NCBI GenBank assembly: GCA_028534125.1
Contig: CM052817.1
Span: forward strand, 51,896,001-51,960,000
DNA: 64,000 nucleotides
From: Lama glama
Lineage: Eukaryota
Reading direction: 5' to 3'
Below, in pieces: positions 53,623 through 64,000 of the stretch; position 1 is the first letter of the stretch, and every line of letters begins with the position of its first letter. A program made the position numbers and the translations under genes. Below the pieces are notes generated by a model. That model was not told the DNA's origin, made no database searches, and saw only the letters and a list, made by a program, of their open reading frames with translations.

Positions 53623-53972
53623 TGTGGTACTAGGGATATAGGGGATATTTTTGGTTCCCAGCCAAGTTTCTGTGGGCATCAGATTCTAACAGCTTACAGC
53701 TGACTCCTTCTCTGAAGACTGAGTGGCTGAATGTTGACTGGGAGTCAGGCCATCAGTAAGTTGCACACCCGACCTCAGACAGGCTGCCACCAATGACTGA
53801 CTCTCAAGGGTTCCAACAAGCCAGACCCTGTGGCCTCAAGGGATCAGCTCTGTGGTACAATTCATGCTCAAGAGCTCCCTGGGGAATAAGGCTACAGCTG
53901 CAGTCTCTGAGACACATTTTATATTCCCTTTTTCTTGAGAGTATTCCCTCAATACGTTTTGCCTCTAGGGAA
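53623..53972 (+). mobile_element. Old ERVL-class LTR fragment
   Basis: tgtggtac start; GC-richer block ending cttgagagtattccctcaata...ctctaggga. Confidence 0.45.
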
Positions 53973-54685
53973 TACAATTTGAAACAATGTACTTAATCAA
54001 TTATTGCTGCAAATAAAAATAGAATTTGTTTAAAGTGTCTAGTTCTGAATGCATATAATGTTTCTTTCTTAAGAATGATAGTGAATCTTAAAATATGAGT
54101 TTGGGTTTACATACAAAACTGGCTTGCCTGTTTTCCCTCGGTTTTTAACTAACTCAGCAGTATACACTCATTTTGTGTTTTGATACTGTTTTCATTTTTT
54201 TCATTTGAGCAAAAACTACTGAGCATGTAGGTTTATTTAATGTTTGTTTCTAATGATACCATTATGGAAGCCAAAAACCACGGGGTTTTTAGAAGCTGTC
54301 TGGAACACATCCTTATTCCTAGTAAGTACTGAAATAATATCCTTTATAAAGTTATGATAATATTATCAAAAGTAGATTTTCCTCTATTAGGAATCCTTAT
54401 GTCTTACTAGTCACAAATATTTCTCTCGAAGCCAGAAGTCTGTGAACCACAATATGTAGAGAATCTTACGGATATAAAGAAATTACATCTCCTTGACAGT
54501 TCTTCACACATCTTCCGTTTAAAATTTCCAGTAATATGGAAAGAATCTCCCTACTATTCTATTAATGAGTTTTATGGTTAAGAATATAGGTTTAGCTGAT
54601 CCTATACCTTTTAACATATGAGACTTCAAACAAGTTAATTACACGTGACTTATTTTTTAAATCTTCAGAAGGAGGAAATACCACC

Positions 54686-55208
54686 TGCGTTAGACTGAAA
54701 AATGTGCCCCCCAAATATCTAAAGCCTCATCCTCAGAAGCTATAAATGTTACTCTATATGGCAAAAGGGACTTCACAGATATGATTAAATTAATAAATGA
54801 GATAAAATAAGTAAGCATCTTGGGATGGAACAATTATCCTGTATTATCCCCGTGGGCCCAAAATGTAATTACAATTGTCCACATAAAAAGGAGACAGAAA
54901 GATTTTTGACTGCGGAAGATGGGAAGGTAATGTGATGACAGAAGCAGAGACTGGATTAGTGCACGATGAAGAAGGAGAAAGGGGCCACAAGCCAAGGACT
55001 AATGGCAACCATAGAAACCGAAAAATGTGGAAAAACAGACTAACCTCTCAAAGCTTCCACTAGCAAACAGCCCTGCCAACAATTTATCCTAGTGAAATTG
55101 ATGTCAGACAGAATTCTGACTTCCAGAACTGTAAGAGAATAAAGTTGTGTTGTTTCAAGTCACTAAAGTTGTGGTGATTCGTTACAATGGCAACAGGAAA
55201 CTAACATA
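54686..55208 (+). mobile_element. MaLR LTR (MLT1C/D-like)
   Basis: atggcaaaagggacttcacagatatgattaa, ggggccacaagccaagga, cagaactgtaagagaataaa; ends gttacaatggcaacaggaaactaacata. Confidence 0.88.
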
Positions 55209-55314
55209 GGACTACCCATTTTTAAGTTGCACTTAAATAACACAGAGCAATATAGCCCGAGAACTATGGCTATGATAGTCAGTACTCATCGGGTATTAGA
55301 GGGAATGCCTTCCC

Positions 55315-55914
55315 TGTTGTGGGACACAGCGGTGTACTGGGCTGGTAAAAGAATTTACCAAAGGCAAAGGGAAGAAGTTTATTAGGTTATGCTGCCATAG
55401 ACAACAGCAGGCCACACAGACAGAGGTGCCGTGTGAGCCCGGGGGGGGGGGGGGGTGTGTGGCCTGCAGCGACTTTTACTGGGGGGAGGTGGCTGTGCAC
55501 ACAAGAAGTGGGGTGTGCAAGATCAATTCATGCACAGATACCTGATTGGTTGTAAGATCTCTCAGGGACTTCTTTGAATAATGGGATTTACAACTCTGAT
55601 AAGTGCAGGATGTGAGAACTGTCTGCCCAGGGTATTGTGAGTGGGCTATTTCCTGGGGTCAAGGGTTTTGTTATGGTAAACACACATCAAGAGATTTTTT
55701 TTTTATCCTGCAGAAATGCAGAGGTATGTTGAGTGGTCTTGCAGTGGGGAGTGGGGGTTAAGATGTCAATGGCTCCAGGCACACACAGAGCCCAGGGGTG
55801 GGGTTTTTTTTGTGAACTTCAGAGAGGCTTCAGAGAGTGCCAGCAGACTCCACATATCCTTCATCCTGCATGACAGAATTTTGGATATTTGGTGCCCTGT
55901 TTTCCCTCTCAACA
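55315..55914 (-). mobile_element. Solo ERV LTR with an internal G15 run
   Basis: TGTTG...CAACA inverted termini; minus-strand AATAAA (tttatt at about 55378); CCAAT (gattgg at about 55544). No matching TSD seen. Confidence 0.7.
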
Positions 55915-57733
55915 CTTAGTCTATCAGGGCAGAACCCTCTGCCACTACTGATGCAACAGAGCATCTCCGCACAAAAATACAACTCAAATGTGAAATGAAG
56001 TGCTGAACTACCAGTATTTCAAGAAAATCATAGAGACATATTTATTGTTTATCCATATATAAACATATGCTTGACACCATAAGGAAAAGCACAAGATTAC
56101 ATTAAAAGTGTGCAGTGGTTAATGCCATTATTCTAGAGTTCATGTAAACCCTTTATGCTGATCTTTAATTAAGTCTTAATTAAAATATGACTTCACTCAA
56201 CCAGGCTTAAAGGGGTTGCATTTATCAAATAAATAAATACATTTATATATAAGTCAATAAAAATGTATTTAAACGTTCAAAGAACTAAATGCTATTGATG
56301 TTGACTGCCAAACTGAACAAAAATTGTGTATTTTTAAATCTTTACCTTGTAACTCCTGTTAAATGAAAGAAAAATATTAACAAAAGACAATTATATAAAA
56401 ATGGCATTTTTTGATATAGGTAAAATAAGCCATGTCAAATCTGCCCCTTTATTTTGTCTGGGATACACTTATGTCTTTTCCCTGAAGAATGAGCAAAACT
56501 GAATGAACCCATTTTTATAGTTCTTCTATTTGGTAATATCACACCTCTGGATTCACGGATAGTGAGACGTGATGATGTGCACAAGAGTTTAGAATCTTAC
56601 AATTTGTAGTAACAAAATGCTTAGTAACCTACACTTTCTCAATGGAAGTTTAAATGCACAAATTGCAAAATATTCTAAGTATCTAGCGAGAGAAAACATA
56701 CATGATGGAGAAAGGGAAGATGCAGAAATCAGCACTTGCTACCTAAAATAAATCTAATATTAACTCTGTGATATGTGTGAGCTTTTAAATCCCTCAGAAA
56801 AATGAAAAAGCATGCATTAAAAACAGGAAATATCATTGTTTCCAATTTTAAATATACATGAGCATATAGACTCTCCAGGGAAAATGAATTAGGAAATGTC
56901 ATTCTAAGCAAGCTACATATGAACATTCCATTTCTACTTAACACATAAATGAGGAAAATTTGCATTCTCCGTCAATCTAGCTCAGTGAGCGGCTGGGCCT
57001 GTCTCAGCGGTGGTAATCATGTGAGGAGGACCATTTAGATGCAACATTTACTTTAGCACAGGTTTGGTTCCACATTCAGGTTTTGCTCCAGATGGGCTAT
57101 CTCCACGTGTACATAGGTCTACCTCTTAATTCAACTACTGAAATTAAGGACAATCTCTGCAAGAGTACTTGGGTAATAAGAGAGCCAGCAAGAGCATAAG
57201 TGGGTATCTTGGAAGCCTTTTCCCTTCTACTTGCTTCCTAGTGCCTGGGTACTTTGCAAGGAACCTGCTTTATTTTGCAACCAAATCTGACAAATGCAGC
57301 TTCAGAGTAAACTATCTCTGCCCATGGCCATTGTATCAGCACGGGTGATTCACAGATCATTCTGGCTTGTTAAGAATTTCCAGTAAGCCATCAAAGGATA
57401 TGTGTGGATTATTAAGAAGCATCAAATAACCAGCTGAGTTTCCTGAGGTACAATACCTCAAGTGATTAAAGTGAATGTTTTCACTTTAGACTTTTCAAAG
57501 AAATCCTCAGGGGAGAAATGAAAGCATCCTTGGATTTGGGGTGCTAGACTAGCCCCTCATGCTCTGAAAAGAAGATGAAGAAATCTAATATATTAAGATC
57601 GCTATCCAGAAGTGGAAGATAAATCACAATGAAAATAATACTTTAAAACAATTCATGGTTAGATAATAAGCAATTGCTACAGAAAATACTGCTCTGAGTT
57701 TGAGAATATGACAGATTAATTTGGAGTACAATC

Positions 57734-58169
57734 TGTGGTAGGCATAATGATGGTCACCCCTTAATATTAAGCCTGTAAATATGTTGTTACCTGGCAAAGG
57801 AGAATTAAGGTTGCTGAGCAGATAACCTTAAGATAACCTGGGTTATCCAATGGATGTAACAGAATCATAAGGATCATGTAAAGTGAGATTGTGGAATCAA
57901 AGACAGATGTGGAGACCCTACCCTGCTGGTTTCAAAGTTGGAGAGAGGGGCCACCAGCATGGATGCAGGCAGCTCAAGGATCTAGAAAAGGCAGGACAAT
58001 GAAATCTCCCCTAGACCTTCCAGAAGGAACACAAGCTGAGGGACACCTTTTCTTTTTAGACCATTGAGACTCATTTCAGACTTCTGATCTTCGAAACAGT
58101 AAGATATTAAATTTGTGTTAAGCCACTAAGTTTATGGTAGTTTGTTACAGCAGCAATGAGAAACTAACA
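57734..58169 (+). mobile_element. MaLR LTR (MLT1D-like)
   Basis: tgtggtaggcataatgatgg start; gaattaaggttgctga; ends tttgttacagcagcaatgagaaactaaca. Confidence 0.85.
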
Positions 58170-59270
58170 AAGGGTCCTAGAATAAGCACACAGTAAAGGA
58201 GTATAAATGTCCAGTGTATATTTAGTTAGAATCAGAATTTTCGCTGATTACAGGATTTGTGGAGGGATGTCATGAGAAATTAGATGTGAACATATATGTT
58301 GGATCCCTTTTGAAAATGAAGCTGAGATCTTTGTTGTCTTTCAAGTGCTCCTGGGGAATAGGATGAGCTACCAAGATATCCTACTTACACTGTACTCTAT
58401 GGATATGCTTCACTGCAGACCTACTTGCTTTCATAGCCTTTTTTTTTCCTTAGTGCAATCTATACGATTTCGCCTGGCCCTCTATGTTCTAACATTTTAA
58501 TTTGAGTCAACTTTTCTTTCTTTCCCTGGTCTTTCATGGAAAATATTTCATCTTGCCCACCTAGAGGATGTCAGGAAAGAAAAAGACTTAAAAAAAAAAA
58601 ACTCTATATGCATTAACTATTATGTGTATGTGACAATAACCCAATACTTTGGAATCATATACACATAATCATTGTTAATACATATGGATTTTTTAAAAAG
58701 CCTACTTCTGTCTCTACATCCTCTAGATTTTATATGGGAAAACAAACAATTATGTGGATTATAATGGAAGATCTTTGAATTTATTTCAGGCTAAAAACAA
58801 GTGTTTCACTAAGTTTTGCCTAGATTTCCCTGCATTTATATAGAGGACACAACATTTTTCTGTTTACAATTAATATTTATTATAGTAATTTATAAGATAC
58901 AAACTGTTTCTATATTTACTATCTCATTTAATCCTCAAGACAACCTGAAAAATTATATATTTCTATGATCATGTTCATAGATTGGGCAAGTTTCAATCTG
59001 GCACCAAAGACCCGAGCAGGATTCAAACCTGAATATCCTGTCTCCACATTCTTCACTCTCATAAGCTGTTTTACAGCAATATCCCAGGAACTATTTATTT
59101 CTTGGAGTCTAGAAGTGAAGATATAAAATAGGTCCTGAGCATACTGCCTGTGGGATAAAGTTTGTAGTTAAGAAGCATGGATGAGAAAGTGGTAGAGAGG
59201 TATAGACTGTTTTGTGTCCTACTTCCCTTTGCCTCTGGCAATTTGCTACTTTGGCTCTTCCCCAGAACTG

Positions 59271-59310
59271 GTGTGTGTGTGTGCGTGTGTGTGTGTGTGT
59301 GTGTGCGCGC
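59271..59310. repeat. (GT)n microsatellite with GC interruptions
   Basis: Directly visible. Confidence 0.92.
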
Positions 59311-62300
59311 AAGCACACCCACGAGTACAGCTGGAGCAGGGAAGAGATGAATATTCTGAGTGGGATAAAGGTTGTTCCTATAGATTCCAGATTGGTCACA
59401 CTTCAGAATACATTCATGTCCTACTAGGGTACTTGATGAAGTGCCAGGAATTTGTAAAGGAAGGAAGGAGGGAAGGAAGAAAGGATATAGGCTAACACTA
59501 TAATAGAATGAGAAAAATAATTTTCCAGATAATTCAATTACCACATTATGAGATCACTTATTGATCTAACATTTTGTAAGACTTTTTGTTTTAAAATTCC
59601 TTCAGTGAAGGGATGTAAAACTCCAACTCCAACAGTATCTCTAATATACTTTGAGCCTGAAAATGTTGCAACTTACAGCTAACCATTTTTTGATTTATGT
59701 ATTTAATATAGTTATAGCTTAGCATGCAGTAATGTGATGAGATAATTTAAGTGAAATATATGAGAGAGCATTCTATTCTGATTCAAATACCAGAGACTAA
59801 TTTCATGGAATAGGAAGCACAGAAGAGTTTAAATAATCAGTACTTAGAAATGAATACATAATAATAGGAAAAATCGTATCATCAAGACATAAATATTGTG
59901 CATACACAAGAAATTAAAATTATATTCCACTACAAAAGGGAAACTGAACTAGTCTGCTATACTTGAAAAATAATGAAATTTTTATTTACTAGAATAAAGA
60001 AGTTTTATTATTTAAATAGTACGGTAAGCAGTAGTAGGTGTATGGCTTCTGCTTTTAGCTTGATGAGTCTTTTCCTTTTCTTCATAGTAATTTTTTGCCC
60101 TTTTACTATTAAAATTATATTCTGAAAGTCTTGAATTCCACACTTCTCACCAGTTTGGAGAGCAAAGTAGGCTATAAATCACTGCTATGCAAAACAATTT
60201 TTCTTAATTCAATTTTCTTCTTCTTAGAACCCATTCGTAATTAGATTAGTGGACTGTTGTGCTCTGGAATAAGTATATGACTATACTGCTTAGCCTAAAT
60301 TGTCTTGACAACAAATTGTAGAACTGGGACACAGTTAAATTGGGTTTGTTCGAACACCAGATGCTTGAATCTTGGAATATCAACTACCCTCCAGTCATTT
60401 CCTAAGCCATTTGAGCATGATCACAGGAAATTCATCATCATTTCCCAAAAAAGAGGTGGCTTAAGCTGCATGGTAGACTGTCTGTGCCTTATTTATTTTG
60501 CCACGCGAGTCTCTGAGATACAGATGCTCTCTTCTGGTTACTCTTGGAAATATCACTCAGAATCCGCAACTTGGTAGTTAGAGCCTCACAACAGCAAGCT
60601 CTCACGGAAACCACAGAGCTAAAAGACAACCCTATGTCTCCTTAAACATATGAGCTTGAAAACAGTTACTGAATAGCATTCCTATTTATGGCTCCACTGG
60701 GAGTGCCATCAGCTTAATTATGCATGGTCTCAACAGATGTCTGCATTAAAACGCTGGGGTCTCTTAATTCTTATTTTTTTTAAGTTCATGTAAAGGAAAC
60801 TCACATGAATATGTTCCTGAATACATGAATATGTTGATTTTCTAACTCAGAGAAGGTGGAAATTTAAAAACCTTACCACTTCTTTTTGTGATTTTTCTGA
60901 TATGGTACATATAATAAAATCTTATTACCAACTTTAGTATTTCCTAATCTGTGACAATTAAATCATGTAGTAGCCTCGTATTAAACATAGCATCATGAAT
61001 GAAATACAGTTTTTAAAACTATGATATGTAACCAAGTAGTGGTATAAAATGCTGACCAAGAAAATATTTAACCCTTTCAAAGAAATACACTAATACCAAG
61101 TTCTCTAAAATCATCTATTTTCATAAAGTTTAACTAAATGATTTACATTGTACAGTAATTACAGATTATGCCTACCTTTTCAATAAAACAAGCATCACGG
61201 ACTCGAATATAAAAGCTTTCTGTTCTAACTTTAGTTTAAACTATTGTTTTAAAACAACTCCACAGTTAAGGCTGGCAGTTTCTTAAAAAAGTGTCTTTTT
61301 GTTTACATTTACTTGTTTTTAACTTTCCCGTGTTAAATATTTCAAAGTATATCCTATCAAATCAGGAAAGATCAACACTGTTTATACTTACTAGAGAGAA
61401 TATTAAGAATGGGAAATATGATAATGGCTTCGGTTGAGAGTAAAAAGAAACACTAATACAGAATTGAAGAATTGAGGTTTTCTGAATAATTGCAATTGCA
61501 ATTCATTATGTAGGACATGTATCAGGAAGAAATCAACTAGGTTTTCTGACTCACTAAGTTTGTTTAATGAAAATAGGGAGAATAAATTTGGGGGAAAAGT
61601 TGAAGAATTGTTTTTCCCTCATTACAAATGCCCATCAATATGGCCTAAAAATATTTATCTTCCACACAGGTAGCAAGACTAATCTCCTATAGTTTGATGG
61701 AATTTTTATCTCATTGCTTTTTCGTAATTGGCAGTGAAACACTGACAATGTAGAGCTGAACTCAAGGACAATGCTGTCCTTTAATGAAGTTTTTGTTCTT
61801 TTTCTCTGACATTGTTTTTCTGAACCAAAGTTTCTCTTGAAAAATTAATCATAGCACTGTTATTGATTTTGTTTGTTTCTTATCAATTGGACCCAATTTC
61901 TAATTCACGATATACAAATACTTCCATTGCTTTCCATATTTAAAACGGTCACTTAATTACTTTTGCCATCTTCTTTATTACAAGATAAAGATGTTGCTTT
62001 AAACTAATTTTACACATTACTGTCAAAAATTTAGATGTAAAAGATGACATGTTTTCTTGTTCCATAAAATTATCATGATCTAAATCTTTTTTTTCCTTCT
62101 CTTTTTAAAATCGGTGACACTAAGATAATCCTAATTTGTAATCAAGCAGATGCACTTTGACTCTTAAAAAATATGTCTGGACAAACTAAAGGAAGAATGT
62201 AACAAATTAAAAACAAAACTCAAGAATAATAAACCAAACTGTGCCTTGCCAAAGAAGATGCCATCCATAATAATTAGGTTACAACATCCAAATTTCCTTA

Positions 62301-62389
62301 GTGAACTTCCATATGTCCATTATTTCTTTATCTCTACTGGTTCCCATCTTTCCTTTCTGCAATGCCATTCTTTTGTTCCACAGTAGGCT

Positions 62390-62937
62390 TGTTACCCTGA
62401 AAGGTAAAGACCCTGGTTCTTGTCAAACCCGAAAGACAAGTTTACAGTTGGGAGCCAGTGCGTTGTGTAGTGAAAGATTTTTAAAAATTTATTTAACAGA
62501 AGGGAAAGTACACCTCCAAGAATCGGAGAAATAACACAAGGGAGGAAAAGCAGCATCTTCTGTCTCCCCTTTCTCTTACACCCTTTCTTAGAGGTGGCCT
62601 CTTAATTGATTAACAGCTCTGTCCCTGGAATGCTTAGTCTCGTTTGGTCCCATTGCGCATGTCTTTACCCATAGTGTACACAGAAAAACCCAAGGGGCTG
62701 GGGGGAGCCTAAATCGCAATGTTAATTATAATACAATGAGCATTGAGTTTTGTCTGGTTAAGTCCTTTCTGCTACCTGGGAGTCACGGCTGTTGGGTTTT
62801 AACCAGTTTCTTGATGGCACTCATTTAGAAGAGGTTAAAATCCCTTTATGCTGGAGGCGGGCATAATGCCATCTTCTAGACCATCCTCCCTCCTCCACCT
62901 GTCTGCCTGGTGCCCCCACTTATCTAATTACCTAAAA
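62390..62937 (-). mobile_element. Solo ERV1-class LTR
   Basis: tgttacc...cctaaaa (decayed taaca) termini; near-perfect 4-bp TSD ggct/ggtt; minus-strand AATAAA (tttatt at about 62488). Confidence 0.7.
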
Positions 62938-63476
62938 GGTTCTGTATGCATTCATTGTGATTCCTGATTATTGACTTGATTATTCCCCTCAACTCTACTT
63001 AAAAACAGAATCTGACATTTTCCTGATGTTGCTCTGATGATCATCCCCACTAGGCTTCTGATTTTTATTTTACAAATCTCTAACATTAAGCATATTTCTT
63101 CTTTTTGAACTCTTTCCCTCCTCACTTATTTTTCCCCTGCATGTTTGTGTTGAGGGGAAAGGATAGGGTATGAGAGAGAGGGATGTGGTGTTAAACATTG
63201 AATTAAGAACACAACATTTTATTAAGTTAAAATTGTATCTAAATTACAATTCAACATATCTATCACATATTTACTTACTTTAATATGCTTTTCTTTGAGC
63301 TGTAGTTCTCCTTCCAAATCTGATATTTATAAGGGCGTAACACATGATCATTATATATTTTAGACTATGTTCTACTTCCTTGTGATTTATCTACAGTATC
63401 TCTCTTGATGATTAAGAGATGGATTTTTTTAAATATCCTTTTCAAATGTTTTTTAAAAAGTATAGTGAAAAATAGC

Positions 63477-63960
63477 TGTTCCAGTCAGAATACGTTTGGT
63501 TGCAAGTAATAGAAATCCAAAGAAACTAACTGAAGCAGAAAATGGCATTTGTTGGAAGGATCCTGTGGTGACCCATAGAATTAAGATAAGATAAGCAGGA
63601 ATCATCAAGTACCATCAAGCTTCTCCCTTCCTAGGCAATCTTTCTCTTCTTTTCTCTGCTTGGCTAAATCCTTTCATATTGTAGTTGAACTTTATCCCTC
63701 TCTTAATTTACAGGCATTCCAGGGAAGGTCTGCAACTGGCCTAGACCGAGTCATGAGTCTGCCTGTAAATTAATTTTTCTGACCACAGGCACAGATGACA
63801 TGTTTGACCAGGTCTGGGATATTGGGTCAACCCTATAACTAGATTGTCTCAACACTATGAACAGAAGGCCTTCAAAAAATATTTAAGTGGAGGAGACACA
63901 GTTTTTCAAAGAAAGGAGGAGTATCCATTACCATAAAAAAGTGAAAATAATTGTGGAAAG
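63477..63960 (-). mobile_element. Old MaLR LTR (MLT1J/K-like), reverse orientation
   Basis: gtcagaatacgtttggttgcaagtaatagaaatccaa, a typical reverse MLT1 terminus. Confidence 0.6.
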
Positions 63961-64000
63961 ATAAAACCAAATTCAGGTCTTAGTATCTTAATATTTCACA

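Noticed and set aside
56164..56184. Small palindrome tttaattaag-t-cttaattaaa
   Set aside because: The 10-bp AT-rich arms are plausible by chance or by slippage.
56346..56355. Possible 10-nt minus-strand micro-exon (tttttctttcatttaacag|GAGTTACAAG|gtaaag)
   Set aside because: The length is not a multiple of three, such motifs are common in AT-rich introns, and there is no supporting evidence.
59095..59544. Longest ORF in the track (149 aa) and its overlapping ORFs
   Set aside because: It is open because of (GT)n and purine-rich low-complexity sequence (THTHTH). No splice or codon evidence.
1..64000. A novel multi-gene biological system, tRNA or rRNA genes
   Set aside because: I saw no long intact ORFs, operon-like structure or structured RNA gene signatures. 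The content is explained by introns and transposable elements.

Overview
AT-rich, CpG-poor, repeat-dense mammalian genomic DNA. It is probably from a camelid or another cetartiodactyl, judged from recalled L1 3' UTR sequences. The only non-repeat gene evidence is the 3' end of a large minus-strand gene that I could not name. It has a 67-nt internal exon with strong splice sites (44482-44548) and a probable terminal exon starting at 11563, about 33 kb downstream. Spliced together they read ...TRLPKLSCWTGGMWMEFNLFEK|LNVSTGNVISYYG*. Everything else is intronic or flanking sequence filled with L1, L2 and MIR fragments, MaLR (MLT1) LTRs, ERV1-type solo LTRs and microsatellites. It also holds a ~6.1 kb ancient two-LTR ERVL provirus (pro-RT-IN-dUTPase remnants) with a nested younger solo LTR. 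I found no evidence of a novel multi-gene system, CRISPR array, tRNA or rRNA. The most notable items are the unnamed exons, CpG asymmetry between the two ERVL LTRs, a twin-primed micro-L1, a 44-bp palindrome and a complex 36-bp templated duplication. Repeat family names come from visual recognition, not a database search, and most repeat boundaries are approximate.
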